Of a stretch of DNA of 64,000 nucleotides, positions 12,543 to 25,626 are shown piece by piece. Location: the NCBI RefSeq assembly GCF_009834535.1, contig NC_045716.1, positions 1,240,001 to 1,304,000 of the forward strand. Reading direction: 5' to 3'. The notes beneath the pieces are model-generated. The model was not told the origin of the DNA. It saw nothing but the letters and a program-made list of their open reading frames with translations, and did no database searches. This stretch comes from Camelus ferus (lineage: Eukaryota). Both the position numbers and the translations under genes were made by a program. Within the stretch, counting starts at the first letter, position 1. The number at the start of each line of letters is the position of its first letter.

Positions 12543-13639
12543 GGATAATAAGACTGATCTTTGCAGAGTTGGGAGGAGCAAATAAAATAATGCACATCAA
12601 CTTCATGGACGAGTGAGGTGTTGCTGTTATTAGGACTCCCCGTTAACGCTTGGTAATGTGTTTCCCCTTATAAACCCTGCTCCGTGGCTGTCAGTCTTGA
12701 CTCCCAGTAGACGTCAGCCCAGAGGCTGCCCAGAGCCTTGCCTTCTCTTCTTTTCCCCCTTAGAACTGACGGCATAGAAAGTTCCCTGTGCACAGAAGCA
12801 CACACACTGTCAACATCGGTGCTAGTGATCACAGACACGCACAGCACTCCGTGCTGGGGCGGGGTGGGGTCCTCACCGGGGCTGAGCCTGTGACCCACAG
12901 CTGTCATTGCTGATCCCCTGTACGTCTCAACTCTGGTACGAGGCCCTTTGGATAATCACATTTTATTTAATTCTTGTATTTACCTTCCCTAGTTATTATT
13001 TTGTTAAAATTTCAGATTGTGAATTTTAAAAGACAGAACATCACTGGGATAAAGAAGGTAATTGAAAATAAACCTTTGAGGGTAAGAACACAGGAACATA
13101 GACTGGAGGCCTGTGTAGGATTAATAAAAGGCTGGTGATGTTGGAACCGTATCTGTCAAGCATCTCAGGAAGGATGAGCTAGATGTTAAAAGCCCTTTGC
13201 CAGCATCTGGAGCCCAGTGGGCAGTTAATAAATGGCTGCGAATAGACTGTACAGTTGAAGCATTAGAGGAGGCATCATATTCCTGTACAAACGCTGGATG
13301 CTCACCTACACTGTAGGGGGTCACCCTGTGAGGGTGCTGGCGATTCAAAACATTTACAACCAATTCTTTGCTGGGTGTTGACACTTAACTGAGGAGACAC
13401 GTCAGATTTTAAAAAAGACCCAGTGATGCAGTATAGTGCGTTGTGAAAGGAGCAGATACAAGGGCAGTAGGGATTTGGGATAAGGAGAGATTGCCGTGGG
13501 CTGGTGCAATCTAGGAGAGCCTGGTGGTTCTTAAACTGGGCTTTGATAGAAGTGTGGCGTTTAAACAAAAGGAATGACATGGTGAGCGAGTGATAGGCAG
13601 AAGAAACAGACTGAGCAAAGACGTTGTTCAAAAAGCATT

Positions 13640-16000
13640 ATCACACTGGAAGAGAGTTGGCTTTGAGAAGTAGAAGGCAGTCAAGGCTGAGGGTTGGAGT
13701 GGCCTGGGTATTGTGGTCCTTGAATACCCAGCTAAAGCATCATGCCCACCCTAGAAGCAGTAAGGATGCTTTAGAAGAGAGATTCAGGCTAGAAGTAGTT
13801 ATTAAGCACATGCTATGTTCCATGGATGGTTCAGTTGCTAGGGATACAGCAGGCAACAAAACCAGCAGCATCTCTGCCAAGAAAGGTGTATTCCAACACA
13901 ATATGTCAAGGAAGCCGCCACATGAATATTTGGGGGAAACAGTGTTTCAAGCAGGAAGCACACACATGCAAAGGCTCTTAGGAAAGAGCCTGCGGTACTC
14001 CAGGAGCCAAAGGCCAAAAGGAGATGGGGTCACGGAGAAAGAAGTTTTCATTTTTCAGATCATGCAAAACCTTGCAGCCACTGTAAGGAATCTGGATTTT
14101 ATTCTGAGAGTAGTGGGATTCCGTGTGAGAGGAGGGAGGGACGATGGTAGGAGATGACTCATGCATTCAGGTAAATCGCTCAGACTGTGTTGTGGATACT
14201 AGGGTGCAGGGACCAGTGCATCTCTCCTGGTGAGAGATGATGGTGGTTGGAATGCAAACTGTAGCAGAGAGGTGATGAGAAGCAGGTGGATTTGGAATCG
14301 ATCTTGGACTAGAGCCAACAGGACTTACAAACAGGACCTGGATGCAGCCCATGAAGGAAAGCAAAGAACCCAGGCTGACTCCAGGATTTTGGCCTAGTAT
14401 ACCATTTAATGAAATGAGAAGGGCTTTATAGGAAAAGAGTTGAGGAAGGAAGTTTCGGTCATGCGAGCTTAAGATTTTTCTTAGACATCTGAGTGGAGAA
14501 GTTAGGAGATAGTTGGGTAGATGAATCTGGAGTTCAGGGAAGAGACTCCAGTTGGAAACAGATCCTCAAGAGTCATCAGCATTAAGAGGATATTTGAAGC
14601 CATGGAACAGTGTGAACTTGTTTAGTAGAAGAACATAGAAAAAGAAGAGGAGAGGCTGGAGGACTGATCCCTGGGGGAGACAGACAGCCAGAAAGCCTGA
14701 AGGAAAAACTGGGAAGCGTTTCAAGAAGGAGCCAGATGCTGCAAAGTCAAGTACAATGAAGAAAGGGAACTGATCATTGGTTCTCTCGAGATAGCGATCT
14801 GTGATGACCTTGACAAGAACCACTTCAGTGCCATGATGGCGACAAAGTCCACTGGAGGGGGCTGAAGGGAGGGTAATGGGGACATGAGAAAGTGGAATCT
14901 CGTGGGCATGGAGACTAGCGTAGTGGCTGTAAGAGAGTGAGAGGTCGAGAGAGGTGGTTTGGTTTTGTTTCATTTTGTTTTGTTTTTTATGTTGTTTGTT
15001 TTTTTTAAGATAGGATTTTAGCATGTTTGTATGCTAATGAGAAAAAGCCAATATACAATGAGAATTTAATGATGTAGAAAGGAAAGTAAATTTAGTCTGA
15101 AGTCCTTGAGAAAAACACGTTCTAGATAGAACAGGGTTGCTGTAGCAGGTGGGAAGGCAGAATGTGTAGGGACGGATGCAGCTGGGCTTGTAGACTTGAG
15201 ATGGAAGGAGAAGGTAGGCCTAATTTGGCTTTAAACATTTTCTCTATGATGTATGTAGTCGAATCAGCAGATCAAGAGAGATGCTGAAGATGTCAGGAGA
15301 GAGGAAACGACATAAAACAGATCTCTCAGAGAATGGGAAAGCAGATTTACTGTTGCATCATTTGGCAATATCGAGTGCCATTCTGACATCTGTGGTTGTC
15401 GTTTTGAAGTGATCCAGTCAACATGATGGTGTGAATTTCTCACACATTGTTCCAAGTTTGGAGTTTTACCAAGCAAGATCAATGGAAGGGAATTTAAGAG
15501 TCTTTCCAAGGGATGTTTTGAGTGCTAGACCATGAAATCTAGGTTGGCTGCTAATGGAAGTGAGGACAAGAAGGTTGTGACGGTTGCAGATATGGTAATG
15601 GGTCACTGAAAGAATGTTTGTTGGTGCTAAAGTTGAGGACCTAGAAGCCAGGTTGGTGGATGGATCACCATGTGGATGCTGAGGTTTCAAAGAATGATGG
15701 TGGAGACAGTGAGATTGTGAGCCAGAGGATTAGGAGGTAGAGGATGCTAAAATATGGTTCAAAGCTGGAGGTTTTGAAGGATGAAAGAGAAAACAGTTTG
15801 GAGTGAGTTGAAGGAGATGAGAAAAAGCAGCTTCCACTCTGCTGCAAAGGAGGCAGTGTCTTCTAAGGAAAGCCGAGTTTTAGTCAAAATAAAAAGACGA
15901 AGAGATATTCAGAAATAGTGAAGGGACTGAAAATATCAGAGAGTTTATGACTTTCAGACTGGAGTTTCCAGAGGGCAGAGTGGAAGACTTTGGGTGTGGT
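13640..16000 (-). mobile_element. Long L2 LINE remnant with recognisable RT motifs
   Basis: ORF 14566-15024 gives LPQGSVLQPLLF..Y...HGFKYPLNADDS and V.VKVITD...LD, decayed forms of the L2 PQGSVLGPLLF/YADD motifs. Boundaries approximate. Confidence 0.8.
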
Positions 16001-16299
16001 GGAGATGGGATAAAACCACATCGATGGCTAACAATTTTAGAAGCACTCTGCCCATTGCATCACATGTCCTTACTCACTTAATACATTAGGAGCTGTACAG
16101 AAAGTTTGGGAATGTGCATCCGGTACAGAAAATTTGAGCACGACTAACAGGAGGTTAGCTCTTGCAAAGGTGATAGGAGTGAGTGAGTTATGAGGCACGG
16201 GGAGACTGGTCGTGAAATCAGAGCACGAGGCAGTGGGAAATCTTAGGTGCCTGTTCCCAATGTTGACATGTTTTGAGGCAAGAGAATGTCACGGAAGGG

Positions 16300-16520
16300 T
16301 TGTTAGGAATACTGGATCTGAAGGCAGAAGGTCCAAAACCGAGTTCCAGGTCTACCAGTCACTCACCCTTTGACCTTGGACAAGACTACCTCTGGGTTGA
16401 CCTCAATTTCCACATTTATAAAAACAAATAATACCCTCCTCCTCCCAAAAAATACAAGTGAGGAAAAAGCGATGTGGTGATTATGAAACCACTTAGCACA
16501 TTGTAATGCACTTAGGGGCC
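16300..16520 (+). mobile_element. MIR
   Basis: tgaccttggacaagactacctctgggttgacctcaatttccacatttataaaac. Confidence 0.65.
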
Positions 16521-16964
16521 AAGCGTGACTGTCATGGCGGAGAGCAGAGCTGTGTCTGAGGGACAAGATTATTTTGGCAACAGTACGCAAAATGAGTGAC
16601 AGTGAGGCGAGACCAAGAGCATGTGAGTGTCTGAGAAACAGTCGAACAGCCCAGGCATGGTGAGTGAGGACTGCGCAAGGGTGTGACTGCAGCCATGGAA
16701 GAAATCCAGGAAAAGCTATAGAGAAGTGATGATTTGGTCCAAGCACAATCTCTCAAATACCTTCCCAGGCGTGGCTGGGCTGGTCCATTGTATGCTGGGT
16801 GGTGTGTGCTCCAGTGTAGACCGCAGAAGGAGCGACAGGTGGTGGTTGCCCAGGAACAAGGACTTAGCTAACCGAGCTGCTATGAGCCCAGCCCAGTTGC
16901 CCAAGGCCAACTTGATGCCAGTGGCTACCAAAGAACAACTCTGGGGACAGGGTAGAGTGGGGGT

Positions 16965-17150
16965 TGCGGGTTCAGTGCAGGAGTCAGATGTGGGCTCAGA
17001 TGTCAGCTCTCTCAGCTCTGTGACCTTGGGCAAGATATCTAAGCCTTTGTTTCCTTATGAAACAGTGACACTAGACCCACCCCATAGTGCACGTTGTGAA
17101 GATTAAATAAATGTGATGACGTATGACAAGAGTGTAGCCCAGAGTTCAGT
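16965..17150 (+). mobile_element. MIR
   Basis: ctgtgaccttgggcaagatatctaagcctttgtttccttatgaaa...gtgaagattaaat. Confidence 0.7.
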
Positions 17151-19394
17151 AATACGTTCTCTCTACCAGGAACTATTATTATTCCGAGGTCTCGAAACTA
17201 TCCAGGAGCCAACGAAGCACATCTCAGTTGGTGGAACAGTGAGGGACGTGGATAGGGAGGGATTCAGTGAGGGACTGGATTAATTATGAATGACGGAGTC
17301 AGGAATGGCTGCAGACAGAAGCTGGCATGTACCTCACCTTCAAGTCTGATGTCAGCCAGGGCATCCCTTCTCCCCACATAGTGAGCTTTTCAGGTCGAAC
17401 TCATGGAATTTCTTGTTTTCCCTATGACTCAGCTCTACCTGCAGTGACAAAACCCACGCCTGAGGCTCATGTTTCTGCTCAGTGGTGGTTTTCAGGAGCC
17501 AGGCGCTTGTGGCTTCTGGGGATACTTGCCCTGTGAACGCAAGGACTGCCCGTGTTTCATGGGAGCAAAGTGGTTAAAAGTTGTAGGAGTTGTGGCTGAA
17601 ATGTTACAGCCAGGCAGTCCATGAGAGTGCCAAGTGGAGACCAGTAGGGCGGAAAGGGTAACCCCAAATACATACCCCCGCCCCAAGTCCAGGGCCCAAC
17701 CAGGGAGAACTAGACAGCTCCTCAAACAACACGAACAGGAAGGAGTTTGTATGTTGTGTTTTTTACTTGTAAAAACCTAACCCTGTACGTGGTGGCCCTG
17801 CAGTCAACATTTGTTGATTTTAAAAGAAATTAATGGAGTGGGGTGGAGCAGAGAGGACCAAAATATTCCGGGCTGCTAATAGAAACAGAAACACACACAC
17901 TGTGTATTCACAGAAATGTGACGGTGAGGGTCGGGTTTGATAGAAGACCAACTCTCATGTTTGGCTTAGGGAACCTTTTCCACCACCTTGTACAGTTTCA
18001 CATCGTTTGATCATAAGTCAAACTGGACGTCATGGTTTGTCTTTAACCCCCCCAGTGAAGGGTAAGGTAAATCAATGATATTCTTTGGACAGTATCTCAG
18101 TCAGGATGGGCGAAGTTTTGCTGGGATACCGAACAGCACTGAAATCTCGCCGGCTTCATACAGCCATGGCCCCTGTCTTGCTGTGCAAGTTCTGCGGTGG
18201 TCCTGGTGTCTTTCCCGGACAGCCGCCCTCCACATGCTGGCAGGCACCCTCAAGTTTGTGACTTTTCCATATCAACACAGGCTGCTAAGATCATTGTGGT
18301 GGGGCTGGGGCGGGGGTGGGAGGAGGGTTTGGAGATATGAATGGCAGCAACTCATGTGGCCATGACCACCCTCCAGGATGAAAAAGCATCTCTCTCTCAC
18401 GTGCCTGAAATAGAGAGGAATGGATATCGGTGATTGGTGAACAGGAGCAATGGCCATCAGCGATCGTTTTTCAGTTACCAGCTCGCACTTAAAATTTTCC
18501 TTGCATTACGTCTTTAAGGCAAACCAAAGGGGCACTTTGAGTTTGTGCAATACGAAAAGTCTTCAAGACCTTCTCAGGTTCTTTCCTCAACATTGCTTCT
18601 AACCTTTAGAATACAGAGTTTCTAACGAAAGCTTTTTCAGAGTATCAAATACATAAAACTTTTACTACTTGAGACATGACACACCTCTGGAAACTTGCCT
18701 GTTTCCCTGTACCGAGTTCTGGGATATGGGCTGGCCCTCGGAGGTGAGTTCACGTTAAAATAAAGGACCTTTAGCTCAACCTGCTTGGATGGGATAAAAA
18801 CTAGTCCCAGAGTTTGACAACTTTAAATGTATAGGGGGAAGAAAGCATTCTTCAGGAAAAAAAAAAATCTTGCCTGTTTTTTAGCTCTTGCCTCGTGGGC
18901 CACGGTGAGTACGAGCTAGGAGTCATTAAATGTTTACTTAATTTACTGTGGTTAGTGCTTTGCCTGTTGGTCTAGTTTAAATTTTATAGCCCTCTAAGAG
19001 ATACACTTCTACTATCCTGAGTTTACACGCAAAGAAACAAGCTCAGAGACGTCACCAGCTGTTCCAGACCTTCACAGACCAAAGTCTGGACCCAGATCAT
19101 CTGACTCCAGAGCCCTTCATCACGGCCCTGAACCACCTCCTAAATGCTCCTAAAACAGGTCTTAAGGGAAATAAGAGCAAACAGTGCAATCTGCATATAA
19201 ACAAGTGCCCTCAGCACCAGCGCCGCCCCCACCAGGGCTCTCGTGCCGCCTCTGAGCCCTGGGACACTGCGGAGCGGCTGGCTGCCCCTGCCTGGGCACC
19301 CGGGTTGTGTTCTTAGAGGCAGGCGTGCGGGTGGCGTGCTGTTCTCCGCGCCTTTCACTAACAAAGCACTCTCTGTGTTTCTCGTGTCTTCCAG

Positions 19395-19471
19395 TTGACG
19401 GTCCTCCCATGGAACCTTCCCAGTTTGTCTCAGTGGTCCCTAAATATCCAGACAAGATGGGATTTGATGAG
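19395..19471 (+). CDS. COLGALT2: COLGALT2 coding exon (exon 7), IDGPPMEPSQFVSVVPKYPDKMGFDE
   Basis: ttccag|TTGAC ... GAG|gtagga; 77 nt; phase consistent. Confidence 0.97.
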
Positions 19472-19480
19472 GTAGGAAAG

Positions 19481-19523
<43 letters not shown>

Positions 19524-19536
19524 CGCACACGTGCAC
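19481..19536. repeat. (GT)16(GC)6 compound microsatellite
   Basis: GT repeat 19483-19514, GC repeat 19515-19526, then acacgtgcac. Confidence 0.95.
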
Positions 19537-21520
19537 CTGTGCCCAGGCGACGGCACGTTTCCCTGTCTGTATCGGAACATGAGCCCGAGCCCACATCTGA
19601 GAGCCAGCCAGACTGGCCCGGCTGCCGAAGAGACACCGAGGTCTTGGAAAAGGGCCTCAGTTTTTGTTGTACCTTAGTCTACTTATGTTAAAAAAAAAAA
19701 AAGGAGCATCATGGTAAACGTGAGTTAATCATCGAGTCAGAAAGCAGCTACTATTTAGTTATGAAGGTGAATTTGATATTTTCTAGGAGCAGATATTACC
19801 GTATTTTATGAACCTTTTTAAATCAAGATTCAAGGGTAGGGTAGAGCAGATACGTGTTTTAGGTATTGGTCCTCTTAACTTTATTCTGGGTAGATAAAAA
19901 CCATTCCGGAACACTCTGCTTTATTTTCTCTCTGCTGTTTTCCCACGGGAAAAGGTTGGAGGGCAGGGTTTAGAGGACAAAGAAATAGAGAAAAAAGAAA
20001 CGTTCTTAAATTTCCCCTTTCAGCAGACCAGAACTTTATAATAGTGCTCTGTTATATTTATTATTGGGCCATACTTATTATTGTTTCAATTGTGTAAAGG
20101 ATGAAGCAGAAACGGAAAGAGATGCTTGTCTTAGTAACATCCACAGCAGATCTTGGCAGGGCCAGAACTGTGACTTCCAGTCACTGAATCCTCCACGGGT
20201 CCCTCATGTCACATCGGTGCTGATCAGTGTTCCGGAACTTGGTGGTCCAGAGACCAGGACAGTGCCTCAGGAATATGCAAACTGAGGTAGAACTTCTCAG
20301 GGGATTCTGAGTATGTTCTAGACCAAGCTTTATGCCCTGTGCTCATTGCCACTGCTTAGCTGAAATCAAATGCCTTGTTTATCGCCCTGTGCCATGTTGT
20401 TTATCTCTCCAAAGTACAATCCTCTTAAACTGCTCCTGGACCTGGGAATTGGGATTTCTTCTATAAAATTTATTTACAGGCAGACTTCAGGAATGGAAAA
20501 GACGATTTCATGATTATTAAGTGGAAAAGAGTTAGCAGCTATTAATGCTATTTCCACAGAGGGCAGAATGAGAAGAGATGATTTCAAGTGTAGTCAGGAG
20601 GAATTAGACTAAAGTGAAAATAGTTTTAAAAACCATTAGGGCTGCAGAAGCATTGCCCCCCTGCCACACGCTGAACCAGGCTCCACGTATCACCGCAGCT
20701 CCCCTTCCCTGTGGCTCTCACCAGCTCTCAGGACTCGAGGTAAAAGGACCCAGGGGTCTTTCCATATATTCATTTTTCCTCTTAGCACACATTCTGATGA
20801 GGATCAAACCAAAGCACATGAAATGGGACAAAAGCGGGATCTTCTTGCTCTGGTTGTCCCCTGGGTTGTGAGTGGAGGGACCTGGTCCTTCTTAGAAGCC
20901 TTCTGGGAGAGGCCAGCTCTGTGAAGGATGGAGACGTGAGGACTCCTCTCCTGAGTCCTGGCCATCACCTCTCCATCTGGAACAGAGGTAGGAGAGTGGG
21001 AAAAGGGATTTTCAGGGACCTTTGCAACCTTCCCTGTCCTCCGTGACCTTGCTGGTGGTGTCTGGGCTGCATTTGGCTCTGTGACTTTTTCTCTGTTTGC
21101 CATTCACTAAGTATGAGCAGAGCCGTCTGTGTTTTTCCTTCACGGCTATGGTTTTTATTGCACATGTCCCGGGCAGGAACCCCGGACAGGATTATTATTT
21201 ACTAAAGTCTTCCCAGACTAGAGGTCTTGGGTCTGAGGGGACTTTGTGCTGTATTTCTCTTATTTTGGGGGGTCTTGTTTTGTTTTCTGTTTGTTCTCCC
21301 AGAGTGACCGCAGGGAGCTCGGTGTGTACACATGAGGAAGTGCCCGTTCCTGTCCAGAGCCAGAAAACCAGGAGGTGGAACGTGGCCCAGCCCAGTATGA
21401 TTCTGAATAGGAATAAAATGAAATATAAATGAAAATAGCTCATTAAGTTATAAAATCCCAAGTAACAAGGCAAACAGAGTCACCACAGAAATCGTTTTTT
21501 AAAAAACAATTGCCTTAGCA

Positions 21521-21690
21521 GGGAGGGTACAGCTCAAGTGGTAGAGCGCGTGCTTACGTACACAGGTCCTGGGTGCAACCCCCAGTGCCTCCTCTAAAAA
21601 TAAAATAAGTAAGCAAACCTAATTACCAACCCCCCCAAATAAAATAAAATTTTAAAAGTTTTTTAAAAGTTTAAAAAATAATAATAATTA
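21521..21690 (+). mobile_element. tRNA-derived SINE, camelid Vic-1-like
   Basis: GGGAGGGTACAGCTCAAGTGGTAGAG... CCTGGGTGCAACCCCCAGT..., aaacctaattacc, A-rich tail. Confidence 0.85.
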
Positions 21691-23025
21691 CTTAGTTGGT
21701 AAACAGTGGAAGTAATGAAATCATGATGTACCCAATGTGCTTTGCTCTGATTCAGATGAGAGAGGAGACACTCCTCCGTCAGTGTCTTGGCCCAGAGCTG
21801 CGTCAAGGACTGGACAGGAGTGAGAATATTTTGTAAGGAAGGGTTGAAATTTTAGTTAGCATAGCTTTTGATCCAGTAAAACATGTAACACCTTGATGAC
21901 TACATTCAGGTTGACCATGTGAACCACAGCTTAACCTCCAGCAGGGTCTGAACTCCAGCCTGGTTATAAGACATAATTTCTTCTTTATTCTAGACGTAGC
22001 ATAAAGCAAACGTTATCACTAAACCATATGTTACGGATGTTTCAGTGCTAGTCGGTATTTCCTGCTAGCAGCTGAAATCTCTCTCTCTTGAAGGACTAGT
22101 TTAATATTCAGGGTGAGTTTATTACTGCTTGTAGAAAAGGACTTCATTAAAACACACAGTTAGCTATAATACTGTTCATGAAGCTTTGGGTACTTCTGTG
22201 GCTCCTTAAGTCAGGCTAGCCTCATTATCTGTGACTCTGTAGTTACAGGGAAGTTATATGTGTGTTCAGTGCAGCCATCGGGAATTCAGGTTTTAAGGTG
22301 AGGGGCTTCACGTGGCCCCAGCCTTCATGAGGGATAGTCTGAATGCACATTTTGGGGGACTTCATGGAGCGGTACGTGTCCTCTCTATAAGGTTACCCCC
22401 ACATCCACGTGATGTGGAAGTTATGCCTTTTACCAAAGAGTTATCCCCAAGGGTAGGGCTCTTTGCTTCTTTTAGAAAAATTCTAAGGGAGTTGAAGATC
22501 CCTGGCAAAGAAGCTACTAAAATTGAGACCTTGATAATTCAGTTTGGAACCTTTGGAAATAGGAATTTGCTGAGACTAGGTTTTTCTTATTCTTTGAATG
22601 ACTTTAAATTTTTCTACAGTGGATATAAATTATAAAGAATAGCTAACATTTAGTACCCATGTGATAAGACTTATATTATCTCAGGTTTATGGCTGAGGAA
22701 ACTGAAGCATAGGAAATGGTCCAGAGCAAACACTTAGTGAACAACGGGTTGTAAACTTAGGTCCGCTGATAAATCTAACCACTTGCCAGGCTGCCTCTTA
22801 CCCCTTAGTCTCATGTGTTTTGGGTTTAATTCACCTTTGGCTTCCTGAAGAGTAGCTTTTTGACCTGAAATGAAATATAAGCGAATTTTCATCACAGCTT
22901 TCCCTACCTTTTCCATTCCTTATCCTAACTACAACTTTGTTCCTTACATTTACTTTACTTTTCAAACAGCCTGAAATGAGACTTGAATAATCTGTGTTTC
23001 TCTTCCTGTTCAATTCCTGAGTTAG

Positions 23026-23132
23026 ATTTTCATGATAAACCTCAAGCGGAGGAAGGACAGGCGGGACCGGATGTTACGCACGCTGTACGAGCAGGAGATT
23101 GAGGTCAAGATTGTCGAGGCTGTGGATGGAAA
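23026..23132 (+). CDS. COLGALT2: COLGALT2 coding exon (exon 8), [36 protein letters not shown]
   Basis: gttag|ATTTTC ... GGAAA|gtgagt; 107 nt; start of the GT25-type domain (INLKRR..RR motif). Confidence 0.97.
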
Positions 23133-23963
23133 GTGAGTTGGTTTTTATTTTCCCTCTCGACTCCTTGCAGTTGTGATTGGAGTGGGGAAGCATCTCTCTG
23201 ACAGAGATTTAGTCCTGATGGGAGGAATCTGCCGTCACTGCGAGACAGGCATGGTTTTACAGTGCAGCCTGCTTTGGGAAAAACTTTGACTGACAGTAGC
23301 TTGTACGTGTTCATTTCACTGAGTAGAGCTGAAATCTACTCACCATCCAGTGCTCTCTGGTGTTCACTGCACTGAAGGCTCATCCTGGACGTGGTTTTCC
23401 ACTCTCTGGGTGTTCTTGCTGTGGCTGTGGTGGTTTCCAGCCCTGTGTTGGACAGAATGCGTTCAGAGTTGCATTCAGAGCCTGATTTAGAGCAAAAATG
23501 TCTAAACCTTGGGCCACCTGAAGAAAATAAATGGAAAAACTGCATAATGGTCTGTGTGTCCTGTTGCATGAGATGCTTGCCACAGTCTGCCCGGGCCAAT
23601 CACTTCTCCCAGGAACGTGGCAGGAAAGTCACATAGGGTACCTGGTTGGATTCCTTCAGGGGTTTTTGTTATTGCTTTATTGTTTTGTTTTGATTTGCTT
23701 TGCCCTTTTAGTTGACACTCTTATTTCAAAGCATGGAGATTTGCAAAATCTACAGTTCATGTTCTGTGTCAGTTTGGAATGTGAATGGCTCTAAGGAGTA
23801 TGGCTAGAAGCTGTTGTGAAAGTTTTTACGACTCCTTTAGAGTCTCTCCCCAGAGTTTCTTAAAGTGTAGCCTGGACACCAATGTCAGATGTCCCCAGGG
23901 TCTGGTTAAGAGGGCATCTTGAGTTGGGAATCTGCATTTAAGAAGTTCAAGGTGATTCTTGGG

Positions 23964-24109
23964 TAAGGTTGTCATATAAAGTACAGGACACTCGTTAAAT
24001 TTGTCCCAAACATTGCACAGGGCTTACTCATACTAAAAAATTATTGTCTATCTGAAATAGAAATTTGACTGGACAGTCTATGTTTTACTTGCTATATCTG
24101 GCAGCACTA
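23964..24109. mobile_element. MER53-like hAT MITE, internally deleted
   Basis: Degenerate inverted termini taaggttgtcatataaa / tatatctggcagcacta and an internal actaaaaaattattg motif. Confidence 0.6.
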
Positions 24110-24187
24110 TTCTTGGATGCAGTAGAGTTTACTGGTTCTGTGGGCTGTCTTGTCACTTTCATGATGGTGTCCACTGAAACACAAAAG

Positions 24188-25626
24188 TGGTTTTTTTATT
24201 TTGAAGTATAGTTGATTTACAATATTGTATTGATTTCAGTTGTGCAGCAAAGTGATTCGGTTTTATATAGATTTTTTTTTCAGATTCTTTTCCATAATAA
24301 GTTATTACAAGATACTGAATATATTCCCTGTGCTGTACAGTAAATCCTTGTTGTTTATCTGTTTTATGTACAGTAGTGTGTATCTGTTAACCCCACACTC
24401 CTAAGTTACCCCTGCCCCCTTCCCCCTCTGGTAACCATCAGTTTGTTTTCTGTGTCTGTCAGTCTGTTTATGTTTTGTAAGTAAGTTCATTTGTGCCATT
24501 TTTTTTTAAGATTCCATGTGTAAGTGATATCATATGATGTTTGTCTGTCTTTGACTTAACNNNNNNNNNNNNNNNNNNNNNNNNNNNNNNNNNNNNNNNN
24601 NNNNNNNNNNNNNNNNNNNNNNNNNNNNNNNNNNNNNNNNNNNNNNNNNNNNNNNNNNNNNNNNNNNNNNNNNNNNNNNNNNNNNNNNNNNNNNNNNNNN
24701 NNNNNNNNNNNAACTAGAGATGAATCATATTCTCTACCTCCATAAGACTGTCCTGTTACTTCTTTTTTTTTTTTAGTTTTTATTTTATTTCATTTATATT
24801 TATTTATTTTTGTCTTTTATACAGGTTTTAAAGGTTACTTCCCATTTACAGTTCTGACAAAATGTTGGCTCTATTCTCCGTGTTGTACACTCCATCCTTG
24901 AGCCTGTCTTACACCCAGTGGTCTGTGCCTCTCACTCCCCCCCATATATATATATATATATATATACATACACACATATATTTATATATGCCATGTTGTC
25001 TTTATGCAGCCATCTGTTGATAGACATTTAGGTTGATTCCATGTCTTGGCTATTGTAAATAATGCTGCTATGAACATTGGGATGCATGTATCTTTTCGAA
25101 TTAGTGTTTTGGGTTTTTTGTGTGTTCTTTTTGGATATATATCCAGGAGTGGAATTGCTGAGTCATATAGTAGTTCTATTNNNNNNNNNNNNNNNNNNNN
25201 NNNNNNNNNNNNNNNNNNNNNNNNNNNNNNNNNNNNNNNNNNNNNNNNNNNNNNNNNNNNNNNNNNNNNNNNNNNNNNNNNNNNNNNNNNNNNNNNNNNN
25301 NNNNNNNNNNNNGATCTCCACTCTGACAGGTGTGAGGTGATATCTCATCGTGGTTTTGATTTGCATTTCACTGATGATTAGCAATGTTGAACATTGTTTC
25401 ATGTGCCTGGTGGCCATCTGTATTTTCTCTTTTGGAAAAATCTCTATTCAGCTCTCCTTCCCTTTTTAATTGGGTTGTTTGTTTTCTTGATGTTGAGTTG
25501 TAATAGCTGTTTATATATGTTGGATATTAATTCCTTATCAGTCATATCATTTGCAAATATTTTCTCCCATTCAACAGGTTGTCTTTTCATTTTGTTGATG
25601 GTTTCCTTTACTGTGCAAAAGCTTTC
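24188..25626 (-). mobile_element. Younger 5'-truncated L1, with an extra L1 3' fragment at about 24770-24945 and two N-gaps
   Basis: L1 3' UTR after a T-rich tail at 24190; ORF2 peptides [16 protein letters not shown] and [15 protein letters not shown]. Confidence 0.88.
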
